DNA of 64,000 nucleotides from Octopus vulgaris (GCA_951406725.2 OX597821.1:23312001-23376000); one strand, 5' to 3'; positions 38,955 to 53,516 are shown, numbered from the stretch's first letter. The notes: generated from the letters alone by a model not told the origin. Translations and numbers: made by a program.

Positions 38955-39365
38955 ATCACTTTGATCACTTTGATCACTTTGACCGACCAGTCCGTCAGGC
39001 GTCCATTTGAAACCGCTGGTCACAGCACGCTGTCCACTCCTCTCTGGATCGCGCCTTTCTCATCCACGTGATCCCAATCGTCCTCTTGAAATCGTCACTC
39101 CAGCGTCGTGGAGGTCTTCCGGGTGGTCTTTTCCGCTCACGCGGGTACCACTCGACAGCTGCGTGCGTCCACCGATTATCGGTGAGCCGGGCGACGTGTC
39201 CAGCCCATCTATACTTGCTGCGAGTATACTCTGCGATGACATCTCTCACGCCGGACTTCTTTCTGATGATGCTGCTATTTATGTGCTCTCTCAACGAGAT
39301 ACCAAGCATCGACCTTTCCATGGCTCTTTGAGCCGTTATCAGTCTTTGCTCTTCTCTCTTTGTGG
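38955..39365 (-). mobile_element. RTE-clade LINE 3' end with (GATCAAAGT)n tail; second 3' stub at 44370-44497 (+)
   Basis: MERSMLGISLR...RWAGHVAR..DNRW...KRPPGRPPRRWSD, followed by a short tandem-repeat tail. Confidence 0.9.
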
Positions 39366-39752
39366 TAAGGCTATGAATACATACGGAGTTAAAGAATAAA
39401 TGAATTGTTTAGAACCGTATGCGTGCATGCATGTATGTATCTATGCATGCATTTATGTATGTACGTATCTATGCATGCATGCATGTATGTATGCATGTAT
39501 GTATGTATGTATATTTATGTATGTGTATATGTATGTATGTGCACACACACATGCACGCACGCACGGACACAGACACACACATTTACATACACACAAGTTG
39601 TGTGTATATATATATATATATATATTTATATGTAGTGTATTTATGTAACTTTCTTCTTCCCTTTTACATATGTGTGTGTGTATATGCATGTGTACATATA
39701 TGTATGCATGCGTATATATATATATATATAAATTTTTATGTGTATGTATGTC

Positions 39753-39783
<31 letters not shown>

Positions 39784-40026
39784 GTATCTTTTACTCTTTT
39801 ACTTGTTTCAGTCATTTGACTGCGGCCATGCTGGAGCACCGCAATTAGTCGAAGAAATCGATCCCAGGATTTATTGTTTGTAAGTCTAGTACTTATTCTA
39901 TCGGTCTCTTTAGCCGAACCGATAAGTTACGGGGACGTAAACGCACCAGCATCGGTTGTCAAGCGATGTTGGGAGAACAAACACAGACACACAAACACAA
40001 ACACATACATACACATACATGCATAC

Positions 40027-40143
<117 letters not shown>

Positions 40144-40266
40144 TCATGTATATATATATATGTATATATATAGGTTATAAAATGAGATAGGGGTTGAAAA
40201 TTCAACCCACCATGGGATAACATATATCCAATATACTGCTAGATAGGTACCCAACAAGACTAATAC

Positions 40267-40302
<36 letters not shown>

Positions 40303-40850
40303 ATGTGTGTATGCACGAATATATTATTCATTGGAGCTACCTTTCAATCGAGTATTAGCGTAGTATACAAAAGCATGCACTATGATTTTTACTGTTTTAA
40401 GTTTGTGTGTAGTCGCGAGTAGACATACGCAGTTTCAGGCATATCGTTGTTGACCCAGCAAAGTTTCGAGGAGAGAGGAGTGCACCAGCACCTGACTGAA
40501 ATTCAGTACAGCTGTGAAGACTAGAGCAAGGTGAAATGAAGAGCATTGCTCAAGGACACAACTCGGGGCCCGATCCAAGTATTTAAAGTTACGAGAGCGT
40601 CATGTGATCATCAACTGAACACTCTGTCTACTTGGCCACGAACTTTGGCGCGCGCGCATACACGCACACTCACATACAGACATACACACGCACACACACA
40701 TGCGCCCACACTCACACACATATAGAAACACACACACACACACACACTCATACACACATGCAAACATATACATATTTACACATACGTACATGCAAAAATA
40801 TATCTATATATATACATTTTTGTATGTGTGTGTATATATATATGTATGCA

Positions 40851-40901
<51 letters not shown>

Positions 40902-40918
40902 GTATGTAGGTATGTGTG

Positions 40919-40950
<32 letters not shown>

Positions 40951-41043
40951 TACATACAATGATATATATATATACATACATACACACACACAAATATATA
41001 TATATAGATAGATAGATATACATATATATATATATAGAGAGAG

Positions 41044-41825
<782 letters not shown>

Positions 41826-41890
41826 ATATCTATCTATATATATATATTTGTGTGTTTATATGTATGTATGTATATATATCATTGTATGTA

Positions 41891-41922
<32 letters not shown>

Positions 41923-41971
41923 CACACATACCTACATACATACATATATACATATATATATAGATAGATAG

Positions 41972-42033
<62 letters not shown>

Positions 42034-42354
42034 GATATACATTGTGGTGGTCGTTATTTTCTGGGGGGGGGGGTAGGGTTTTTTTTTCCACCAAATAAAC
42101 ACACGCTCTATATATTCGTTCTCCATCCGTTCTCCACACGTTCTTATTCTAACTCGTGTCCATTGTCCTGGAATCTTTCGTCGCTCATCTTTGACTTCCT
42201 CGGTGACACTTTCCGTCTTATGAAGAACGAATATATTTTGCGTGTGTCACAAAATTTCCAGACAATGGACATGAGTTAGAATAAGAAGATCAATAAAGGA
42301 GCGAAGAACGGAGGCAGGGTTCCAGTATGGCCGCAGTCTAATGACTGCAAGAAA

Positions 42355-42752
42355 TATTTATATATAAAAGTGAAGTTGTGTGTCTGTCTCCTACGATTTA
42401 GATTCCTAACTACTCCCACATTTTGCGGTGCAGTTTAACCAAAACCGGGTATCTTATAGTCGTGATTCATATCGAGCCCTTCTGGGTATTAGCGCGCGTC
42501 TACGATGAGTCTACGATTTTAAAAAAATTAACCATAATTTTTTTCCATTTTAATGCATTTTTTCGTTTTTATATAAGGGAAGTAACTCTCTAAAAATGTC
42601 TATGATGAGTCAACGATTTAAAAAAAAATTTACCATCATTTTTTTTTCCATTTTTAATGCATTTTTTGCTATTTTTTTGGCTATAACTCTCTAAAAATGC
42701 TTATATAGTTATTTCCCTTACAAACCCGAGCAACGCCGGGCGATACTGCTAG
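42355..42752 (+). mobile_element. Non-autonomous Helitron, second copy
   Basis: Same sequence and CTAG terminus as 27774-28173. Confidence 0.88.
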
Positions 42753-43846
42753 TGAAAGATAAAAATTGAATCATAATTTAATTACAAGGAAACAAAGAAA
42801 AGCAAATAAAATCGGGGTGGAGTATTAAGCAACTTTGGTGTGTAGGGCAACACTGCAGAAGAAATGGCGTGTCCAACCACACCCAACGAATACGACTGCG
42901 GTGGCGTTGTCATAGAGAATGGCCAGCGACACTCGCTGCTGCAGCCTCCCTGCCTCCCGGTGCCCATTCCTCGGACGGGTCGCAGTTACCCCGATTTTGC
43001 GGTGGAAATCAGCTGTGCGGGATTCGAGAAGAACTTGAGGTCTCGATGGCGACCGGCTCAAATTGATAGCGGCTGGTCATGTTCCTAGATTTATCTATTT
43101 TTCTCTTTTTCCTCTTCGAGTAGGACTACGAAAGCCACGGGCGCACAGTGAATTTTCGCTGAGACATGGATACTCAAATCTGGAGGAGAAAAAAGTGCAG
43201 TATGGAAGCCGTTTATCTCAATGAAAGAGGTGCTCAAAGTAATGCTTAACAAGGCCCTACGTGCCCTATTTATCATAGCACAGTCTTAGCTACGCTCTTA
43301 CATCAAGTGAGTTGGTTGTTGCTACAAAGGGAGAAGAACATCGTTTGGCTACGACGCACAGGGAAAAAGATCCGTGCTAGAAATATCATTGCATAAGCAT
43401 ATCCCAAATGAATTCATTCGAGAATGCAACGGAGCGAAATATGCGATCGCAGAACATCGAAAGTACAAGATCCGCAGGCCCAGACATGTCGGAAAATTCG
43501 CAACGAGTAAGACCATGCAGTTGTCGAGTAGTAGCCAAGAAACTGAAAAAGGTCACTAAGACGACCGAATTAAACGATTTGGGGCCAAGGTGGCAACATC
43601 AAGAATGAATTGGAGGCGCATTGTGAATAGTGGTGTATAACAACATCTGATACTCTACATAATACAGCAATAAATAATTACAAAGTAATTTCTGGGCAAT
43701 ATATATATATATATATATAGTTAATCCAAACATGAAAACACAAAGAGAAAACACAACAACGCGAGGACATGGAACAAGTATAGTGTTATTGGACGCTCAG
43801 GAAAGGAAAGAAAGAAGGAGGAGTTAACGTGTCGAGCGGAGCTCTT

Positions 43847-44282
43847 GGATCTTTTCGGTTTGAACGGCAGTTTTTAACAAAATTTCTAGGTAACTAAAAA
43901 TTTTAAACTTCGTATACTGGTAGAATGTGTTTATAAAACATCTTTTTCTCTTGGCTTTATTTAGAAAATTCTATAGTTTGTAATATATTCATTGGTTTTT
44001 TTTTTCTCTTCAATTTCTGCAATTTCAACCAATCAATGACGTCTATTGAGCTGAAAACATTCTGTGCTGTATGAATATGTCCCTCGTTTAAGAAACAGAT
44101 TGGGTTTATTTACATTTGTGAAGAAAAAAAGATATCCTTCTCCCCACCCCTAACCCTAACCCTAACTAACCCTAACCCTAAAACAGATTGAAATGCAATA
44201 GATCGATACTAGGGTCAATTTTATGGGTGACAATTTCATATGACACCGCTAGAAAAAACTGGTGTTCAAACCGAAAAGATCC
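43847..44282. mobile_element. MITE, probably Merlin superfamily
   Basis: ~29-bp TIRs GGATCTTTTCGGTTTGAAC... / ...GTTCAAACCGAAAAGATCC; 8-bp TSD GAGCTCTT / GAGCTCAT; internal (CCCTAA)n. Confidence 0.8.
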
Positions 44283-45296
44283 GAGCTCATCGTCAGAAAC
44301 ATAGGAAAAGGAAAGGTCCAAAGAAGGGGAGACGGAGAAAGAAAATCGCCCACGATACACACGCGGTCAGTTACGATTTCAAGAGGATGATTGGGATCAC
44401 GTGAATGAGAAAGGCGCGATCCAGAGAGGAGTGGACAGCGTGCTGTGACCAGCGGTGTCAAACGGACGCCTGACGGACTGGTCGGTCAAGGTGATATAGA
44501 CACACACACAACACGCATAGCTTAAATAAAGATATAGTTTCTCGGGTTGTGCTTTATCAGTATTACTACGTATACGTGTGTAAACATGTATACAGTTTCT
44601 CAGAACTGTCTAGTAAATATTAAAGGAGGATATTACCTAACAGATAAAAGTATGCATATCTTATAAATAACATTATCTTTTGCAAGGTTGGCGCTGTGTG
44701 TGTGTGTGTGTGTGTGTATAAACTGCATGTTGCACTACATAACACGTTGATATATTGTAAACAATTGAGTTATCTAATCAAAACACTTGAATATCTTAAA
44801 ATAATAATGGTTTCAAATTTCGGTACAAGGACAGCAATTTCGGGTGAGTAGTTTAGTCGATTACTCTATTGGAGCTATTTTCGGGACTTTTTCTTATTGA
44901 GTGAGATAGAATGAAACACAAAGTCGACCTCGGAGTAATTTGAACTCACAACATACAGACGGATGGACGGACGGACGGACGGACGAAATGCCACAAAGCA
45001 ATTTGCTCAGCATGCAAACGATTCTGCCAGCTCACAGCCTTTATATCTTAAAATAATATCTGCTTACACGCTCAGGCCATACCAGTGTGTATATGCGTGT
45101 ATAAACTATATGCAGTTACTCAGAGTAATTAGATATATGTCAACACACACACACACAAACAAACACACACACTCACAACACATGCATACACGCACATTAT
45201 ATAACTTTATAGTTATATTCATGTATTGTTTCGTTTTGTTTAACTTTTTTCCACTTCTTTCAGCTATTAAACTGCGGCCATATATATATATATATA

Positions 45297-45719
45297 TATA
45301 TTATATTAAATTAGAGACAAAACCACTATTAGACAAATCATACAATGAAAATCTTAAGCCAATACATAAGATTATTTAATTTATATTATTTAAATATATA
45401 ACAAAATTATTTAAAAAAATATAATTAATATATCACTACGATCGTTTCATGGCTGTTAATTTCTTTAAATTTTCGAGTTACAGTCATTCATCAGGTGGTT
45501 TAAATATTTATCTTGGCGAGGTTTAAACAATGAACTAAAATTTTGAATTTAAAGAAATTAACAGCCATGAAACGATCATAGTGATATATTAATTATATTT
45601 TTTTAATAATTTTGTTAAATATTTAAATAATATGAATTAAATAATCTTATGTATTGGCTTAAGTTTTTCATTGTATGATTTGCCTAATAGTGGTTTTGTC
45701 TCTAATTTAATATAATATA
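45297..45719. repeat. Long inverted repeat (~175-bp arms) around a hammerhead
   Basis: 45297-45472 is inverted at 45540-45719. Confidence 0.88.
45434..45497 (-). ncRNA. Type I hammerhead ribozyme, intact core
   Basis: CAC-CUGAUGA-AUGACUGU...ACAGCCAU-GAAA-CGAUCG-UA^GUG; palindromic stem III. Confidence 0.8.
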
Positions 45720-46359
45720 GATTCGACGTATAACAGTGAAAACGATACTTTTTGGGATGGCATACTAATCAGACCAAAACGTGTTCGGAGTTATCCCCGT
45801 GCGCACTGTCGCCGTAACGATTAAAACAATATGAGTTACTAATATTTTGCACCTCATCTTTCCAGAGTCGATAAAATAAGATAAGTTATTGTCGATGTAA
45901 ACTATTCACCACCTCCTCATCAAAAATTGCTGGCCTTGTACCAAAATTTAAAACAATATTTGGTCATTTTCTTCACCAGCTAATTAAATCCGCTTTGTTT
46001 TTCAATGGTTCTTGCCTAAAATATATTAGCACGGTCTTTATATGTCTTTCGGTCTATGCATCTGTTTCACATCATAATTTTTTTTTTTTTTACTTGTTAA
46101 GGCTCTTGTCATTGAATAGTTTAAAACTGACTCAACTATTTTTTTTTTTTTTTTACCGATGGTGGAGATCGCGAATATTTTACATTCTATCGACGAAGTT
46201 TCTGAATCAAATATTGGATTAATATATAGTTACCTCCCTTGGACATCAAGGGAGAGCATCATATTTAAAAGGGAGATAACTTTGCAACTTTGCTATTTAA
46301 TTCTTTACTTTGTTACAAGTACTTTCAGTTGGCGCGACTTACAGTTTATTTGTTTCTTT

Positions 46360-46686
46360 AGCGGTTGGGAGGCAGTTGCCGGCAACCGTGGAGACTGGCG
46401 ACGTACCGTAAAAGAGGGAATACAAAGGAGTGACAGAGAGAGAGAGAGAGAGGAGAAATGGAAAGACAAGAAAAGACGTCAACAAGAAACTATGGCATTA
46501 CAACCAGCCAGGAACAGTCTTCGCTACATTTGCAGTACCTGCCAGAGGGAGTGTTTGTCCAGGAGAGGACTACACAGCCACAGCAGGAAATGTATCAGGA
46601 CATGAAATGTAAAAGCCGGACTAGACTGTCTTATGCGCAACTCCATTGTCTCCCGAGACAAAAAGGATGCCAACAACAACAACAAT
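46360..46686 (+). mobile_element. RTE/BovB-like LINE 3' end with (CAA)n tail
   Basis: WEAVAGNRGDWRRTVKEG...CSTCQRECLSRRGLHSHSRKC then CAACAACAACAACAA. Confidence 0.85.
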
Positions 46687-47513
46687 ATATCGTTCATTTT
46701 TTTAATTTCGTTTAATCAATATATGGAGCAACATCTTCCAGTTTCGGCAGATTCTCTTTGTTTTAAGTACCTCAGCTAACTCCGTACTCTATCACTACCT
46801 TTGTGCGCGCGTTTGTATGTGTCTGTTTGGATGTAGATAAAGACATTAGACTGCTTTCCCTTTGGGATTTTTTTTTTGTGGGGGGGGGGGGTTCTTTTTT
46901 TACAGGAACCCTACTATATCGAGTGCGGAGATTCCGAATCTGCAAAAGGAATTTGCATTTCAAAATTTTAATTCCCACTTCTCAACCCCCCACTTTCCTC
47001 ACCCCCCACCCCCGCTAAATTTCTTAAATTTTCACTTTTTTAGAAAGTTTTTTTTTGGCGAAATACGTAGAAAAATACGGAGGTTATGACTTATCTATTT
47101 CAAAAAATAAATAAATAAAATAAACATCCCTTCCGCCCTATGACACGAAGTGAGATTAAAAGGTTTTCTCTACTAATCATGACGAACATAACCCAACATG
47201 TTGTGTTTGAGGGTCTTTTGGAATTAAGAGAGGTTTGTAAAAATTAGATTGTTTGCACACACACACACACACACGCACACACACAACAAAATGACATAAA
47301 ATTTTTTTTTCTCTTTTTTGGTTATTCGTATTTAGAAAGTTGATCCTCTGTTTAGCTGTTGTTTCTAGCTTGTCAGATTTCCGGTTGAGGTGAATTTAAA
47401 TTTTGAAATTTTTTCCTTTTGTAATTCATATTAAGATTTTGAAAACGCGTTTCTAGGATGTCAGGTTTTTAGTTTGGATTCCTTTTGCGTCTGCTATTCT
47501 ATAATTGTATGCA

Positions 47514-47933
47514 TGGAGCAGGAGTGGCTGTGTGGTAAGTAGTTTGCTAACCAATCACATGATTCCGGGTTCAGCCCCACTGCGTGGCATCTTGGGCAAG
47601 TGTCTTCTACTATAGCCTCGGGACGACCAAAGCCTTCTGAGTGGATTTGGTAGACGGAAACTGAAATAAGCCTGTCGTATATATGTATATATATATATAT
47701 ATGTGTGTGTGTGGGGGGGGTTGTGTGTCTGTGTTTGTCCCCTAGCATTGCTTGACAACCGATGCTGGTGTGTTTACGTCCCCGTAACTTAGCGGTTCGG
47801 CAAAAGAGAACGATAGAATAAGTACTGGGCTTACAAGGAATAAGTCCCGGGGTCGATTTGCTCGACTAAAGGCGGTGCTCCAGCATGGCCGCAGTCAAAT
47901 GACTGAAACAAGTAAAAGAGTAAAGAGAAAGAG
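47514..47933 (+). mobile_element. SINE family A, full-length
   Basis: Same consensus as 60871-61305. Confidence 0.9.
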
Positions 47934-48568
47934 TATGCGTGAAACATTGGTAGAGAAAACACTTTGATTTCACTTCTTGTCACAGGACGGTGGAGTGAGG
48001 CATATTTATTAATTTTTTTTTAATTCAAATTTTACAATTTTTTTTTTCAGAATCATAATCTCCGTATTTTTGCGTATTTCGCCAAAAGAAAAAAATTTCT
48101 TTTTTTAAAAAGTGAAAATTTTTAAAAAGGGAAAATTGGTGTGTAGGGTGGGAATTAAAAATTTTTAAATGCAAATTTTTTTCCAGACTCGGAATCTCCG
48201 CACTCGATATAGTGGCTTCCTGCAAAAAAAAAAAAAAAAGTCCCAATGGGTCTATCGTCTTTACCTCCGCTGTTTGTTTGTGCCTGTGCGTATTTAATGT
48301 AGTTTCGAATGTATCTGTTAGCTTAATAACATATAGTGACAGGCCAGTAGATATCCTGGACTCGGGTCAGTTCATTGCATTTCCTGCACAGACAAGTATT
48401 TCACTAATGTAAGACAATACACAGATTCTTACTTTTGTCACCTAAACACACTCATACAAAACATATATATATATACACACGCACACATAAACACACACAC
48501 ACACACATACATACATACATACATACATATGTGTGTGTGTGTGTTTATGTGTGCGTGTGTGTGTATGC

Positions 48569-48602
<34 letters not shown>

Positions 48603-48987
48603 TATTAGTTTACTTCCCATCTTTTCACTAGATGACTCTTTAGTTTTCAGTTATTCATTCTTTTTCTCTCCATCTTTCTTACTTTCTCTCCATCTTTCTT
48701 TCTTCCTTCCTTCCTTCTTTTCTCTCTTCTTTTTACTTTCTAATTTTTCTTTCTTCCTTCCTTTCTTTCATATTGTTTCATTTAACAATTGCATTGTGAA
48801 ATCACATACTTTAGTACTTCAAGATTTTTTTCTGCTCCTGATCTTGCGTTCAATTCTTCAGCCGAAAGGCACTTCGTATTCTTGAACAAGGTATACCATT
48901 TCCTATACCTCCAGTCCACTCAGCTGTAAATGGGCACCATCCGAACGTCGGTGCAACTCTGTCCACCTGTTAGATGTTCCGGTAGAT

Positions 48988-51087
48988 CAAGGGTCACCAA
49001 ATTATTTTTCATGCACAATATAGAAAACACTGAATGTACACAAAAAATAAAGACAGTCATCCTATTCATTTATCAATATATAAAATACACAAAATAAAAA
49101 AAACAATAAACATATTTTAATAATACCAAAATAATACCAAGTTAGAATTTTTAGAAAAAGTGTGCACATAGGCGCAGGAGTGGCTGTGTGGTAAGTAGCT
49201 TGCTAACCGACCACATGGTTCCGGGTTCAGTCCCACTGCGTGGCATCTTGGGCAAGTGTCTTCTGCTATGGTTGTGAAACTGGCGTTTTGCTTCCAAAAT
49301 ATCATCAACATTTGCTTTATGATTGCTGCAGCCAACCATAAGAATTGCTTTCGAATGTTCATCAGTGAGCCTTGTTCGATGTATTGACTTCACACACTTC
49401 GCTTTTAAAAAAGTTTGCTCACAAGCATAAGTTGTTCCAAACACTGATGCCTGAGGTAAATTTTTTTCAATTTTGAAAACTCATCAGTAGGCAAACAGCA
49501 ATAAAATTCAATGAGTTTTCCTTCTCTGTGCTTCTCTATCAACAAGCTTGTCAATAAGTTCCAGTTGTAGTTCAGTTGGCTTGTTATCAAGATTGCAGCC
49601 AAAGGGATTCTCGAACAAAAGAATTTCATTCTCAATTCTGTCAAAATCTGAAAATCTTTGAGAAAAATGCTTATTTAAGACCCGAATAATTTTTTTCTGA
49701 AACTCGAGGTTAACATGTTGCACATTTTGTATGCAAAACTCTTAGAAAACACTGAAAATGAGGGAAGTTTCCTCCTTCAAGTTGTGCTTCAAACAATGAT
49801 AGCTTTCTCCGAAATGCTGCAATAATTCTGTAGAGATCAAAGACAAGGTTATTCTTTCCTTGCAGTTTTAAATTTAATTCATTCATATGGGAACTAAAAA
49901 GGACAACTTTGATAACCATGAAGGATCTGACAGCTGTGGATCGGCTCTATTCTTTTCGGCGAGAAAAAGATCTGTTTCTCTTCGGAGCTTATAAAAACGA
50001 AACAGGACTTTACCTCAATTGAGCCATCTCACTTCTGTGTAGGAAGGCAAGTCACAGAAATTAGAATCCATTTCTTCAAAGAAAGCCTGGAACTGTCGGT
50101 GGTTCAGCCCATGATTCCGAATAAAGTTCACTACAGTTGTAACCGGTTTTAGTACGCAAGAAATATCTAAGTGTTTTCTCCCCAGAGTGCTTGATGATGT
50201 ATAATGCAGTGTATAAACAGAGCTTTCGGAAGTTAAAGATCCTCCAGCTTGGTCTGGATCCGCCCTACCAAACCCTTCTTCACTCCTGTCATGTTTTTTC
50301 CTTCATCGACTGTGACACACCAAAGTTGATTCCACTGAAGGCTATAGTTTTGCAAAGTTTTCCGCACCTCTATGAAAATATCTTCTCCAGTTTCAGCGGT
50401 AGTGCCCCAGCATGGCCGCGGCCTTCGGGCTAAAACATTTTTAAGGATTTTAAGGATTTTGTTCCATGTATACTGCAAACGGGTGCCATTTCTTCTATAA
50501 TCTCAAAGTTGCATTTAACACCACAAATGAACACAAGAAGTTGCGACATACGAGAGAGATCACTAGACTTATCCATTGCAAGAGAATACCACAAAAATTT
50601 CTTAGCTTTCTCATGTGTCTGTAACTGTATATTCTCTCCAAGTTCTTCTAACCTCCGCACAACTGAACTTGCTGAAAGGCACTTTCGTTGCTTATCAGGC
50701 AACTAGCTTTCTGGTCGTTTGTTTCCCCAAAGAAGTACTTTTCTCTCCATTCTTTATTGAAAATGCGACATTCATCATCAACCTTTCACTTTTTAGTAGC
50801 CATAGCGATGGGTGAAGAAAAAACAAAAGCAGTCTTAGGCCTCGGTGTCAGATATTCTCGTTTTAATTGTAACCTCTCATAACTGACTAGCCTGAGGCAC
50901 ACGTGATGTACTGTAGTAATTATTATGGCGCGTGAAGTGACTGACTCAGTATACATACGACATCCATAATCTAAGAAGTGTAAGTAGTATAAAAGCATGT
51001 TTATCTTTTTCAGCATACGTCAAAGGGCCGGACAAATTGACGTAGCGGGTCGGATCCGGCCCTCGGGCCGTAGTTTGGTGACCCATG
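48988..51087 (-). mobile_element. hAT (Charlie/Buster, GTF2IRD2-like) DNA transposon, decayed
   Basis: TIRs CAAGGGTCACCAAA / TTTGGTGACCCATG; 8-bp TSD-like CGGTAGAT / CACTAGAT. Transposase motifs YSLAMD.S.D...QLLVFI, TGEDIF, NELNLKLQGK and FGTTYACEQTF. Confidence 0.9.
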
Positions 51088-51756
51088 CACTAGATCAAAG
51101 ATGAGATGGCTGGAAATGTATCGAAATGTAATTACGCAAGCACCTAATTCAGTTAGTGACGGTATGGTCCATCTTACCACACCCTACTCTCTCGCTAATG
51201 ACAGCTGGCTATAACTATACAACATTGATTGATCAAGTAGTTTTAATCATTAATATCTATATTTGTCTTATTTTAATCAAATATTTATTTATCATTAATA
51301 TTCTTTCTTTTTCTTTCTATCTTTTGTTTTTCTTCTTTCTTTCTATCGTTTGCTCTTCTTTTTCTATCACTTATTCTTCCCTTTTAGCTTTTTCCTTCCT
51401 TTACCTTTTCCCCTTTACATCTGTCTGACTCATTCAGTAATTACTTACTATATTATTACTTATTACATTATGCTAATTAATACATTGCTCTTATTTAATT
51501 AGTTTACTAATAACTTTTATCGGTGTTAATTTTCTTCCAGCTAACATCTTTCTTCTTTTTCTTGTTTCGTTCGTCTTTCATTCGTTTAGTCTCGTTTCTG
51601 TCTCTCTCTTTCAGCGTATATGTATTTACCATATATGTCTATGGTAAATACATATACGCTGACGACAGACGAAATTAGCCGAACATGTGCCGTTCGAGCA
51701 GTCTTCACTGACGATATCTGCAAAATAGCTGAAACTAAACGTCTAGTCTGACGATT

Positions 51757-52142
51757 GTGGAGGCGCAATGGCCCAGTGGTTAGGGCAGCGGACTCGCGGT
51801 CGTAGGATCGCGGTTTCGATTCCCAGACCGGGCGTTGTGAGTGTTTATTGAGCGAAAACACCTAAAGCTCCACGAGGCTCCGGCAGGGATGGTGGTGATC
51901 CCTGCTGTACTCTTTCACCACAACTTTCTCTCACTCTTACTTCCTGTTTCTGTTGTACCTGTATTTCAAAGGGCCGGCCTTGTCACTCTCTGTGTCACGC
52001 TGAATATCACCGAGAACTACGTTAAGGGTACACGTGTCTGTGGAGTGCTCAGCCACTTACACGTTAATTTCACGAGCAGGCTGTTCCGTTGATCGGATCA
52101 ACCGGAACCCTCGTCGTCGTAACCGACGGAGTGCTTCCATCC
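51757..52142 (+). mobile_element. SINE family C (GTGGAGGCGCAATGGCCCAGTGG tRNA head), young copy
   Basis: 12-bp TSD AGTCTGACGATT; A and B boxes; TTCCATCC tail. Confidence 0.92.
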
Positions 52143-53034
52143 AGTCTGACGATTCTTGAGTCGGTCATGGGGCGGTTACCTTCCCTGTCCAGCTTGTGTG
52201 TATACATTTGCACGCTTCCTAAAACATTAAGAGTATTTTAACTCTTATTTCCAACAATGTATGTGCTTCCCTTTCCAGAGCGATTTTTGGAATCTGAGCC
52301 GCTTATACGCCTTGGTTTAGCTCCGGCCTAATGAGTCGTCGGGCCCAAGACAGACCAAAGTTCAAGTAATTTTCTTTTAGCTTTCTTTATTTGTTTCACT
52401 CATGGACTGCGGCCATTCTGGGGCACCAATTTCAAGAATTTGTAGTCACATGAATCAGCCCCAGTATCTATTAATTCGATCCTGGCGGATTTTGAACGCA
52501 GAACGTAAAGTCGGAAGAAATGCCACTAAAATATTTTTTCCGGCACGGTAACGATTCTGCCGGCGCGCTGCTTTAAATAATATTGATAATAATAATAATC
52601 CTTTCTACTAAAGGCACAAGGCCTGAAATTTTGGAGGAGGGTACTAGTTGTTTACAGCGATTCTTGTGTTTTACTGGTACTTAGTTTATCGACCTCAAAA
52701 GGATGAAAGGCAAAGTCGACCTCGGCGGAATTTGAACTCAGAATGTAGCGACTGGCGAAATATCGCAAAGCATTTTGCTCGGTATGCTTACCATTCTGCC
52801 AGCTCGTCGCCTTAATAATATTATTATTTCAAATTTTTGCCACAAGGAGGTGAGGGAGGTGGGGATGAGTCGATTATTTTGACCCCAGTGTTCAACTGGT
52901 ACTTATTTTATCGACCTCGAAAGGATGAAAAGCGAAGTCGACCTCAGCGGAATTTGAACTAAGAACGTAGCGACGGGCGAAATATCACTAAGCATATTGC
53001 CCGGCATGCTAACGATTCTGTCAACTCGTTGCTT

Positions 53035-53451
53035 GTCAGTTGTTTGACCTTAACCAGTTGAGCATGTCCCTTAGTGGCTGACGATATGTGCATCTCTGAC
53101 CACGAGCAGAAGTAGTGGGGGAGCATCATAGCCATGTGCTGAGAGGGATTCTTTGGAGTTTGAATAATTCACCTCTGGAAACATGGGTGGTTCTTTCAAC
53201 ATCCTTAAACAACCCTTATTCAGGGACCTTTTGAGCAGGATGGGCTACTCGACCTGAAGAAAATTCTAACTGAGCCCCACCTGCAAGGTCATGTGCTGTT
53301 TATCTTGATATGAGATCACCATGTCGCGCACATATGGTTGTGATGCATGTGCCTTGTGTACCCTTATCAGACGGGTAGTCATGATGGGTATATTGGGCTT
53401 TGTATATTTTACCCCAGTGTCACTTTGATGGCATGCACTGCTCTCTCACTC

Positions 53452-53514
<63 letters not shown>

Positions 53515-53516
53515 TA
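53035..53516 (+). mobile_element. Interspersed repeat with (AAT)n tail (LINE/SINE 3' end); homologue at 4960-5352 (-)
   Basis: Two diverged copies sharing CATCATGACTACCCGTCTGATAA and GAGAGAGCAGYGCATGCCAT. Confidence 0.7.

Noticed and set aside
44148-44181. (CCCTAA)n as a true telomere or chromosome fusion scar
   Set aside because: Short, degenerate and inside a TIR element.
51757-51835. tRNA-like heads of SINE families A, B and C as tRNA genes
   Set aside because: No proper acceptor stem or terminator; they continue into SINE bodies with TSDs.
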